Source: Glycera tridactyla (taxonomy: Eukaryota). Taken from it: a DNA stretch of 64,000 nt. Made by a program: the position numbers and the translations under genes. Positions 1 through 10,036 of this stretch are shown here, in pieces. The notes below the pieces were generated by a model. The model did not search any database. It was not told the origin of the DNA and saw nothing but the letters and a program-made list of their open reading frames with translations. Positions within the stretch are counted from its first letter, which is position 1, and every line of letters starts with the position of its first letter. Location: positions 98,952,001 to 99,016,000 of the forward strand of contig OZ286460.1 of the NCBI GenBank assembly GCA_965644265.1, given 5' to 3'.

Positions 1-273
1 GAGACAAAATGTTACAAAACGTTAGCAACCGTTGGCTGCAACTAAACAGCCTGCTGGTCCACATTCAAATCATATACTGTTTGTGTTTAGTGTCTTGGAA
101 TTGATTTAGACTGGCAAATATAAGCATATGCTGCAGTGTGTCCAGTTGCAGCTTACAATACCTAACATTTTCTAACGGAAACAGGGTCCCCATATTTTTC
201 TGACAAACTTGAGATAAAGAATATTTGCTCGGGGATAACAATTTCTCGGTTAGCTCAACTGAACAGCCTGCTG
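1..273. mobile_element. Family R1 MITE-like copies (partial 1-56; full about 133-273)
   Basis: Element of about 145 bp with terminal inverted repeats of consensus cagcaggctgttcagttg(c)agctaaca...tgttagctcaactgaacagcctgctg; recurs many times in the window. Confidence 0.7.
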
Positions 274-1443
274 GTGCTTCCAAGCTGGCTCATCTTCCTA
301 TCTCAGCTGGCATTTCAATTTTGCAATTTATACTACTACTCAGGCATAAATTGGTATCCTTGCTTCTATAACAATAGTATACTATATTGTGCTGTATGTA
401 TATAATTCTTCTCATGATATTGCCATTCATGGATTTTGTGATACTACAAAGAAATGATTACAAATGACTGATGAAATTTTACGAAGATCATGGAAGGCTA
501 CATTTTGCCTAATTTGTATCACATCTGTCATATTGATTCTCTTACTATTTCAAAGATGGCTGTCCATACAAAGGAGCAAAGATACAGAAAAATAATACTT
601 TATATGGTTATGTACTATTTAGGCTATTTTGACATTCTTGTGTAGCGAAATTACATATTGCATGAACATGGAATATTTCATCATGCGCTACATTAGCAAA
701 TAAACCTTCCATGAGTGAGATATTACATTGTCCTATGGACTAATCATGTCAGAAGAACTGGCACTGTATAGTATTCCACAAAGACCAAGGTTGTGGAGAG
801 TCACATACAAGCAACAATGCACACAATATTCTACTATACTTCATTCTTTGCATCACTGTCTGAACTGCAGAAGAGAAAGAATGCTCCGGGGGAATGAATT
901 ACTTGTAAATGAATTGACCCAACACCACAGCTTCATATATAAAGACCAAGAGAACATACATTACCAAAAAGACAAAGTACCCTCCCCTTCATGCTAATTT
1001 GTATCAGTAGGCTACTTCACATGATTGAGACCAAACTATTGGATAAATAAGTGACCTCATTTTGACAATACATTGAATGAATTTAGATATCTGATTAATC
1101 AGCTTCTCTGATTATAATAAATAGTCCATCTCCAGAAAATACCAATGGGAAAGCCATGTAAAGATGCCCATCCTGAAGGGAGAAACATATTTGACAAGAG
1201 ACAATGTAAGGTAATAATTGAGGGTAAAAGGACAAGCGACAAGGCAACACAGCGACCTCTTCAAACCTGGAGGGAAGAAAAAGGTGAATTAAAGAACAGG
1301 CGGTGAGATAAGAGACAGCAGGTCTAGTTGTACAATGCAACCAAAACTGCGTCAACTGCACTTTAAACACCCCCGAGTGGCAGGGGTGCCATGCATCGGC
1401 CATCATGCGATGTTGGCTCTTATGACCACCCTCATTACCATAC

Positions 1444-1542
1444 CTCAAAGATGGTATCTTCACAGAAGTTGACAAAGGAGAGCAGCTTTTCTTTCTCTCC
1501 ATCCTCCGTACAGACCTCATGGAGGAAGGCACGTTTGGAGTC
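1444..1542 (-). CDS. RyR: RyR exon 33b (alternative TaF exon) [33 protein letters not shown]
   Basis: 99 nt, tgttgtag| ... GAG|gtatgg, phase 0-0; paralogue of 1615-1713. Confidence 0.93.
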
Positions 1543-1614
1543 CTACAACATCATACACACCCAAACTTGAAAATGAAACTCTTCTCTACAAGTATACAGA
1601 GCATGTTTTCTCAC

Positions 1615-1713
1615 CTCAAAGATTGTGTCTTCACAGAAATTTACAAAGCACTCCAACTTTCCCTTCTCACCACCTTCATTCACGATATTATGAAGGAAAG
1701 TGCGCTTTGACTC
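1615..1713 (-). CDS. RyR: RyR exon 33a (alternative TaF exon) [33 protein letters not shown]
   Basis: 99 nt, ttttttgcag| ... GAG|gtgaga, phase 0-0; matches RyR1 [33 protein letters not shown]. Confidence 0.95.
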
Positions 1714-2553
1714 CTGCAAAAAAGGCCATAGTCATCTCATCCTATCCTTGAAACATTATCACATTAAAAGCATCTCTTCGTATGAAAGGACTGAGCGCTT
1801 ACTTCCTGACATTCAGCTTTCCACTATTTGGCTGAGATTTCAAGCGAATATATTGCAATGATATGGGCAGTAGAAGCTCTTGATATGATAAATGGCAGAA
1901 TGAACTTCATGTGAAGCATCCATCATAAACTGAAGATATAAAGTAATGATGCCTATTGATTAGATTTCGACATCATGATCTTGAAAATGGAGTACAATAA
2001 TTACGTATCATCAAATTTGAAGATTAAGCATTGACCTCAGCCTTATCCATATGTAAGCAGTTGAGACATACTGATGTAACCGTTATCTTCGTGAGCCAAG
2101 TCAAAAAGCAATGTGACAGTGCACATCTACCCATGGGGACCACTCAAGGAAAGTCTGAACCCCACTTACTTTGTCAATGACTCCCCAAGTACTCATGAGC
2201 AGTACATCCCATTTTGGAATGAACATGTAGAAGAGCACCTACACACAGGTATCTGGCAAGAAGTGCATCGGCATGAAATGTCCATCAGATGCCAAAGCAT
2301 GGAAGAGGAATGATATTGCCCAACTACACATGAAGATCTTTCTAAGAAATCTGACTTGGTGCAGCAGTCCTGGAGATACACATGAAGAAATCGGAACTTT
2401 TAGATCAAAGTACAAAAACAAACTGAAGTTAGTTGCATCCTTGCAATATTCTCTGAATACACAGTGGTATGACAAGTATTGAGTAATGAAAACCTTTCTC
2501 CAGCCATAATGCCAGCCCTAATGAGCAGAATGAGTATGGAATGCATGCAATAC

Positions 2554-2710
2554 CTTGATCTGTGGCTTTTCCCATTGATCAATGTGTGTTTGGGTGATTT
2601 CAAAGTAGACCCGCTCAATGCGTCCTGCACCACCCATGATCTCAATGCGACCAAGGTAGGGCTCAAAGTAGTCCAACACACATCTGGCTGTTTCCAAGAA
2701 CCTTTCAAGT
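2554..2710 (-). CDS. RyR: RyR exon 32 (R)[52 protein letters not shown]
   Basis: 157 nt, gttttcag| ... AAG|gtattg, phase 2-0. Confidence 0.97.
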
Positions 2711-2877
2711 CTGAAAACAAAGATAAAAGTGTATAAATGAACAAGAAGAGATGATACAGATCTGCTGTGCACTATTTCCATAAACTGATTCACTAAGCTA
2801 CATCTTACTGGATGAACAAGGACATATTGATGGAAGAAACCTAGCATTATGTTTGATCTGTTGAATATTTGCCAACA

Positions 2878-3090
2878 GCCCTATTCGACTGGTCGGTTTC
2901 GTTGAGTACGGCTGGTCTGTTGACTACGATTCGTATTCGGGTGGTCGCTTAACACTTTTTCGTTGTGTACGATCTCAACGGTCAATTGACTGTGTTGAAC
3001 TCGTTAAATGGAATCTATTCGGCTGGGCTACGGGCGTTGAGTACATATCCGTCAACGCACTTTCAACAAAACCGACCAGTCGAATAGGCC
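2878..3090. mobile_element. CpG-rich MITE-like element with about 26-bp terminal inverted repeats
   Basis: cctattcgactggtcggtttcgttga at 2880 is the reverse complement of tcaacaaaaccgaccagtcgaatagg ending at 3088 (1 mismatch). Confidence 0.75.
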
Positions 3091-3386
3091 TATAGTCCAC
3101 TAGATCCCTCTCAGGTAATGTTCATGTCTGGTATGTCAGTGATGATCAGGATATCTGATTACATCATCTGATATTTACTACTGTTATGGAGGACATGGCA
3201 AATACTGGCTCAATATCTTCAGTATGAGTAGACACTATTAGATGGAAGTGAATGAAGAGAAATATGTTATGAGAACCTCAAAAATATTGAAATCTCATAA
3301 AAACCTCGATAATTCTGATATGGTGAAATATCATATCAATACAATCCAGCAGTGAAGACATTCAAGTGAATGAAGTGAAACTTTAC

Positions 3387-3548
3387 CTTGGCTCATTAGG
3401 CATGTGCTCTGACAGATTGGTGAGCAATACTGCCACATTGAATCCGATATCCTTTGCGGGATTATGGAAACGATCTGTGAACTCATTGAAATCCACCTTG
3501 CCATCCTGGTTAGAATCCACACACATCATGATGTATTCGATCTCCTCA
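3387..3548 (-). CDS. RyR: RyR exon 31, EF-hand 2: EEIEYIMMCVDSNQDGKVDFNEFTDRFHNPAKDIGFNVAVLLTNLSEHMPNEP(R)
   Basis: 162 nt, cccatatag| ... AG|gtaaag, phase 2-2. Confidence 0.97.
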
Positions 3549-4516
3549 CTATATGGGGGAAAAGAGCAAAATATGCATCAAGATCATTCAAACACATGGC
3601 TACTAATGTCTGGAACATCAATAGAAAGTTTCCACATGTGTATATGCGAGGCTTTCCCCATCGCAATTCCAAGCAAAGTAAACTGGGAAAAGTCTAGTTG
3701 TTCTACAATTGTCAGTAATAGTTAACAATCTGACTTCTGGCTGATATCCTCATCAATGTTGACAATCTGCATACATACCTTCGTCGCCGGTCAATGACCA
3801 TCTTGATCAACAAATTGTTACCAATTCCACATGAATATGTTTGGCTGGCAGCTCCACAGCACATACACAGGATCAGCAAATTGCAGGCAATTTGAAAGGG
3901 GCCAAACTAGGTCCTGGTATGATCCTGGATCTTGCATATAATGTATGACCTCCAGTATTTGAAAATAAGAACTCATACACTTGCCACATCTCTGTGGTCT
4001 GGATAAAATTCGCACAAAGATAAAACTGAAACATACCCCAACAAATGAATGGCTGAAAAAAATCAGCAATTTCAAGCTGATCACCCAGGAGATTACTCAG
4101 ATATTAGTTTCTCATCCTTGTGCAAACTATGAGAAGGAGCAAGTAGATGTTTTGGGAGTAAAATGCTATCTACAGAATGAACATCCTGTTTGCTATTATG
4201 CTCGCTTTTATGCCACACTTGGTTAATCAAAGTCATTCATTCGCATGAAATTCAAGAAAAACCCACAAAATACTGGTTGGCAACCATTCTTGTTTTCAAG
4301 CTGCAATGACTGACCCCTCCTCATGCAAAGAGGCATTTTACTGACAATAGATGATTCTTTATGTATACAGGTAGGACGTAGCCATGGTACAGGTTTACTG
4401 CACAAATTTGATCTATAAGCAGTCAAACCAGGGTCTAATTTGCTTTGCTGCTGCTACCTCTTTACCATCATTCTTCATTTCAGTATGTATGTGGAGATAC
4501 ACACATAAGCTATATA

Positions 4517-4676
4517 CAGTCCAACCTCCTCTAAAAACCACTTCACTATAAAGGCCACCCCAAGCTGTGACCTTGGTAATATTTTCAACAGTAAATGACC
4601 TCTCTATAAAGACCACCTCCCTATAAAGGCCACATTTGATGCAACCAAAGGCAGTCTTCATAGAGAGGTTCAACTG
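4517..4676. mobile_element. Family R2 MITE (Tc1/mariner-type, TA target duplication)
   Basis: TA|cagtccaacctc ... gaggttcaactg|TA with internal aaagaccacct repeats; related copies at 10421-10596 and 43619-43779, fragments at 41400-41690. Confidence 0.8.
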
Positions 4677-4970
4677 TATTTCGTGTTACCAAGACATGTC
4701 TGAGCGAAGGCTTTTTATCCCAAAGGTGTACACATACATTTTTTCCACTCACCAACATCTCGTAATCCTTTTCACCAATGAATTCTTGCCTTCCCTCTAT
4801 TAAAGCTATGTTACTTCCTATCACAATGTCACTAAATAACTCCTCTCCAACTATTGGCTGAACACCAATTCTAATCGATTGATGAATTGAAACAATTTCC
4901 GAACGATGGGACTAGTCAATAAGGTCAGGAGTACAACAATAATACTTCATATCCTTATATTAAATGGATT

Positions 4971-5175
4971 GTTTGTTTGTTTAAGTTTAACGTCACTTAA
5001 ACCCACTTGGGTTATATCGGACTGAAAACCTGAAAATGCTGAAGAAAAGAGTCACTGCCTGCCGGGGGCCGTCCCTACTCTTTGCGAAAGACAGCAGTGG
5101 ATCTTTAACGTGCGTCAAGGAAAAGACTCCTATCAGCACGGCCGGCCTTTGATATCCCAGTCGGCATGCACTGGG
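4971..5175 (-). mobile_element. 5'-truncated SINE with (AAAC)n tail and 15-bp TSD, probably Deu/Nin-domain type
   Basis: TSD tatattaaatggatt at 4956-4970 and 5176-5190. The core ttaaagatcc..tttcgcaaagagtaggg..ccccgg resembles the Deu-SINE central domain as I recall it. A second copy lies at about 16097-16280. Confidence 0.65.
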
Positions 5176-6129
5176 TATATTAAATGGATTTATGCTAGGG
5201 TGTGGCATAAAAACCAAGGCATAGTTGTGATGGCACCTTATTTTACTAGGGAGTTGTCCATCAAAAAAAGCAACAATAAAGAATTGAGCATGTTAATATG
5301 AGTACAAGCCATCATAAAATGAACAACACAAGCACTCAGTTAATCTCAATTGACACCCATTAGAGAAGTTCGAGAACCCAGTTAATTCGACTGCACATTT
5401 ATGAAACAGATATGGTCAATATCGCAGTAAAAAAATCTGCAAACACTTGAAAAGACAATTAAATATTAGTGGACATTCATTAAGTGTTCAGTTGAGACCA
5501 AACTACAACTTGGCTTGGCGAAATTACAGCACGAATTAACATCTTTTATCCATGATAACTTTGCTCATACTGTATTTACATGGGTATCCTATTACTGCAA
5601 AAATACAGTCATGTGACATCATTTCATGAACAACATGGATTTTTTTCAGCAGAGTGCCAGGCAACCTCACATAAGAAATTAATTGTATTGGTTGATGATA
5701 TACACAAGACCACATGAGTGTCATGCAGGGCTTCCGAGACCAGCCATACTTCATGGACATGAAAATGCAGTGTGAGCCTCAGAGGGGTGAGTGCCGTGTT
5801 TTTGCATACGAAAACAAATGCCAGTCTACAGAGCCATACATGATGCAAATGTGGGCTTGTTTTTGTCACATAATCATATTAGATATGTAAGATATGATGA
5901 TATATGAATTCGACATGAAATCCATCTTCTCGGATGTGAATAAGCTGAAAAAAGAAAGTGAACAGTTAAGCATACAGTAGGCAGTGGATAATCCAGCCTC
6001 CAATGCTGTCTCTATGGGCCGGATGATTAAGGCTATTAACAATGGTTCCACCCACTGCCATAGGTAGCACTATTCCAGTTGCAATTGTGTCATATTGGGA
6101 CATTTTCCTTTTCAAGAGAATACTCTCCA

Positions 6130-6400
6130 GTGATGATAATCATCACTAACCCTATCATCATTCTTAATTTTACTACTATCATTATTATTATCATATCATT
6201 ATATTACTATTATCAATATTATTATAATCATTATCACCGCAAATATTGCTCCCATTACAGTTTTTACTTTTATTGATGTTCTGATTGTGAATATGATAAT
6301 AATGATGATTATAATAATCATCATTATTATCATTATTTTCAGGAGAATTTCTACCATCATTATCATAATTACCATCATTACCATTATCATCAGCTTGCTA
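6130..6400. repeat. (ATC/ATT/ATA)n low-complexity trinucleotide tract
   Basis: Visible degenerate triplet repeat; it explains the poly-Ile ORFs in the ORF track. Confidence 0.9.
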
Positions 6401-7646
6401 GTGCAATATATATTGAATATCAAAGACAAGATTCCACACAAGCTGCGCATAATTTTGCGATGTGTAAGAATCACAGTGTAATCATAGAAAGGATGTCTGT
6501 GCTTTCTCTGATAATTTGATGGAGTTGAATCCTTGATAGGAATTGCAAAGAGGTTCAAGGTCACATTTATTGACTATTTCAATGGCCCAAAATAAGGCAC
6601 TGGAATAGGGTATATACGAGTCTATGGACTGTTCATTCAGAGTTTGCCAGTTTCACGATTTAGGTTTCAACAACATGCATCAACACAAAGGATCAAGAAT
6701 GTCATGTATCCTTGATCAATCCACTGATATAGAAAAAATCTGAATCATCCTTTCATATATTTATTCTACAGTCTCTCCTGAAATAACTGAGTAACGCTTA
6801 ATGTCTCTTCAACCCAGGCTGGATCACGAGACCTCGTCCTGAAAAAGATGACATATAAAGATGAACTTTTCTCATAATGCTTCGCATTCATAGTGATGCC
6901 ATGGAATATTCAAACACACAGGTTGAGGGTCATACAAACCATCTTGTTAGTAATCTAAGCACACCACACATTAAAAGGTAAGAAGCAGTCCTGACCAATC
7001 AATTGACACAAACTGTTTAAGACTGGGAGTTGACAATCTCTAGAAAGTATTCAGACAAAATCTGACACACTGATGCCACAGATGACTGGTTCTTATTTCA
7101 TCCTAGATATCTCATTCGCTGCTTATGCGATACTATACTGGAACTGAACAGTGTGACACACAATAAAGCAGCTTTCTGATGCGATTCTGAGCGAACATGA
7201 CATCGTATATGCTGGATGAAGGCCATCATGGGCTGAATGCATATTTGTAAATATGTTTTTCTGTGGGATTGAATAAAGACCATTATAGATGGATGGATAA
7301 GGATGGATTGATAAGGATGGATGGTTACCAGTTGTAGCAGGATATCACTAGTTTATGTCAAATACTAGTGCAAAGAGACATGGCTACTCTTTGAATTCAA
7401 CATATCCCAGGAGGCGTTATTGTCTTTGAATTTCATGATGATAAAGGCCATGTGAGATAACCCAGCATTGCTGCGGGCATTGAATAATCTTGATTCTTGC
7501 TTCTCTGTCACATATGCATCACACTGAAAATTAAACATTCCCTGTCATATTCGAAATCATAGACTTTTTTGAATTTTGAGCATTCCTACAGAACTGAATG
7601 CATAGGCACACCTGAGAGTATGAGGGTCCAGACTGTGTATACATAC

Positions 7647-7714
7647 AGAGCTACCCGGCTTTGTGCTTTTGTCAGAGTCAATGATGACATAGAATTCTCA
7701 CTGTCTGTGCAATC
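7647..7714 (-). CDS. RyR: Candidate RyR exon 30e, degenerate EF1 variant DCTDSENSMSSLTLTKAQSRVA(L)
   Basis: 68 nt, ctcac..atttttgctag| ... CT|gtatgt, phase 0-2 like 30a-d, open frame; weak similarity to 30c. Confidence 0.4.
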
Positions 7715-8206
7715 CTAGCAAAAATATGTGAGATCTGTAAGCATAATAGATATGTTCACAAACACTCCCGATGTAAGCCTACGGCCATAGTAACTACAAC
7801 CTACTCAAATGACTTATCTGAATGACTAGTCAGTGATCAGATCATTTTTCTACTCAGGTTGAAACTCGATCAATTATTATCCAACATGTCGGATGTTCAT
7901 GCAATTTCTACCATCGAACACTGAATCGAATACCCGGTTGGTAATTTCATCAGCTTTTGACCCAATGCTTGATGGCAAGAATCAGCACAGCAGACCTGTA
8001 GTGTCTGTTGTCATTAGAACTTTGTTAATTTGGCAACAGCCAGGGTATATCGGATTGTACATGCATGCTGGGAATAATAATGAACAAAATAAGTTCTCCA
8101 TGAAGAAGAGTGAGACCATGTAAGATATGGTTCTTAGTAGTGTTCGTTGATGTTCAGTACAGATACTGCATGCCTTGGCAGAGTGGCCATGTGTTTTGGA
8201 ACTTAC

Positions 8207-8286
8207 TCCGAGTAGATCTTTTGAGCTTCCATTGCTTTCCTGAATTCTTTATGAGAAATAACACCATCCTTGTTGGTGTCAAATTC
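8207..8286 (-). CDS. RyR: RyR exon 30d (EF-hand 1 variant) EFDTNKDGVISHKEFRKAMEAQKIYS(D)
   Basis: 80 nt, ccatgcacag| ... GA|gtaagt, phase 0-2. Confidence 0.95.
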
Positions 8287-8695
8287 CTGTGCATGGAAAA
8301 TAAGGTCAAATGAATAGATATATCAAAGGTAGTTGTATGATCGCGTCCATGATGAGTTGCCGTTTTCACGCAAATGGTTAGGATGAATGAAAGGCAGAAA
8401 GAATGAAGTCAAAAACTTGAAATGAAGTGAAGGTGAATTGGGATAATGAACCAAAATCAATAGATGGATGAACTTGAGTGAGGGTTCCAGGTGTTTCGGT
8501 GCTGGTGGAATCTCTTGACTATCACCTGATGAGAAAAGATTGACCATCACATTGCTGAAATTTATTAGTCCTAGTAAACAAAACACACTATTATAAGTAA
8601 ATATGGATTGGATGAAATAACCTGGATATTACAAAAATAACAAGGTAAAATTGTAACATGCCTAAGGAATGGCTTGAGACTGGTAGGAGACTTAC

Positions 8696-8775
8696 GGTGT
8701 ATACACTTTTTGTGCTTCCATAGCTAGTTTGAACTCTTTATGTGACACAGTGCCATCCTGGTTTGCATCATATTC
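8696..8775 (-). CDS. RyR: RyR exon 30c (EF-hand 1 variant) EYDANQDGTVSHKEFKLAMEAQKVYT(P)
   Basis: 80 nt, atcccaacag| ... CC|gtaagt, phase 0-2. Confidence 0.95.
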
Positions 8776-9364
8776 CTGTTGGGATTGAATGCAAGCAAGA
8801 AAGAAGCAGAGAAAATAAATGAAGGAACACGAAAAAAGGATTGCATGAAAAGAAAAGCCCTGATTGACTAGAAGTGAAGAAAAAATGGGACTGGATGAAG
8901 TATGACACAAGGCTGTATGATTCATCCAAGAAATCATGTACAAAGAGACAGCTGAAATAACTGCATATTCATTTAGCAATGAGAAATGAAGTCAGAAAAA
9001 TAAATAGCATAACATTCATGATAAAGAGAGTTAAAACTCGGCAAATAAATTTAGCAATGAGAAATGGGGTCAGGAAATGAATATCATGATAACGCTCATA
9101 ATATGATGAGCTACCTCACAGATTTCTCAGATAAAAGATCAACCTAGTGGTTCTTCTTTCAAAATGAAAAGGGTGTATGTAAAATATAAATAGTCGGCAT
9201 CAAGATGGAGTTCTTAAAAGTACTTATGTGTATAATGGAATATGAACATCTAGAATAAAAAATGATATTCAATCTGGGGTGGAGATGACTTGACATTTTC
9301 TTCAGAGAAGAAAACACCTAACATGCCGGAATGAGACACGGTATGCCTGCAGGTCATCACTTAC

Positions 9365-9444
9365 GGTGTGTAAGCCTTTAGTTCTTCCAAAGCTAGACTG
9401 AATTCTTTAGGGGAAATAGTTCCATCGAGATTCTCATCATAAGC
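9365..9444 (-). CDS. RyR: RyR exon 30b (EF-hand 1 variant) AYDENLDGTISPKEFSLALEELKAYT(P)
   Basis: 80 nt, ctcacacag| ... CC|gtaagt, phase 0-2. Confidence 0.93.
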
Positions 9445-10036
9445 CTGTGTGAGTGCAAAACAGTACCACCAACAATAGACAACATTGAACCAGTGCAAAT
9501 ACCAATGGCTGCAGATGATATAGAAAAAAATGAGGAAGGAAAGAATCATTAATGATACAGAAACAAGACGTCCATACCAAAAATCAAATAGGTAGCTAAG
9601 TACAAACTAGATGAGTAGTATTACAACAGATGAAAGTACAATATACATATACATACATAAATAAATATAACTAACATCAGCAATGTATCAATCGAAGACA
9701 GAGTCATTATCTTTTATAGACTGATTCCTCCAAATGACCAACCTATTCCTCATAGATGGGAAAATTCCTGAGGTACAGGGATTCTATATCAATGCTCATC
9801 AGCAATGTGTTTAGTTCAATGTCAAATTTGATATGTCTACAGATACTGCAGAATGTTGATGATCATTGTTCACTAACATCATAGCAATTGTTGCTGATGT
9901 TATTTCCATTCATACGATGACTTCATAGATTCAATAGATACAATGTTTGACGGTGTGCAAAGCAAAATATAAAAGACACAGTAAAGATTTACCAACAGCC
10001 AAACAAAGCTCAGCTATGCCACATTTACATACACAC

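Noticed and set aside
809-864. Exon-like segment (tctcttctgcag|...|gtatgt; QTVMQRMKYSRILCALLL) as the next RyR exon
   Set aside because: It is phase 1-0, but exon 33 ends in phase 0; there is no MQ/MT..A..IS motif and no bridging exon was found. The true next exon probably lies before position 1.
5976-6054. 79-nt exon-like segment as another exon-30 variant
   Set aside because: Its length gives the wrong output phase and it has no EF-hand similarity.
6079-6564. Poly-Ile/Tyr ORFs, and the VC/TH-repeat ORFs at about 18900-19280, 46830-47090 and 57530-57890
   Set aside because: They are translations of microsatellites.
8403-9926. 9-nt complementarity (tgacttcat at 9918-9926 vs atgaagtca at 8986-8994 and 8403-8411) as a Dscam-like docking/selector pair
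   Set aside because: It is only 9 bp, AT-rich and not extendable; matches of this size are expected by chance in about 2 kb without conservation data.
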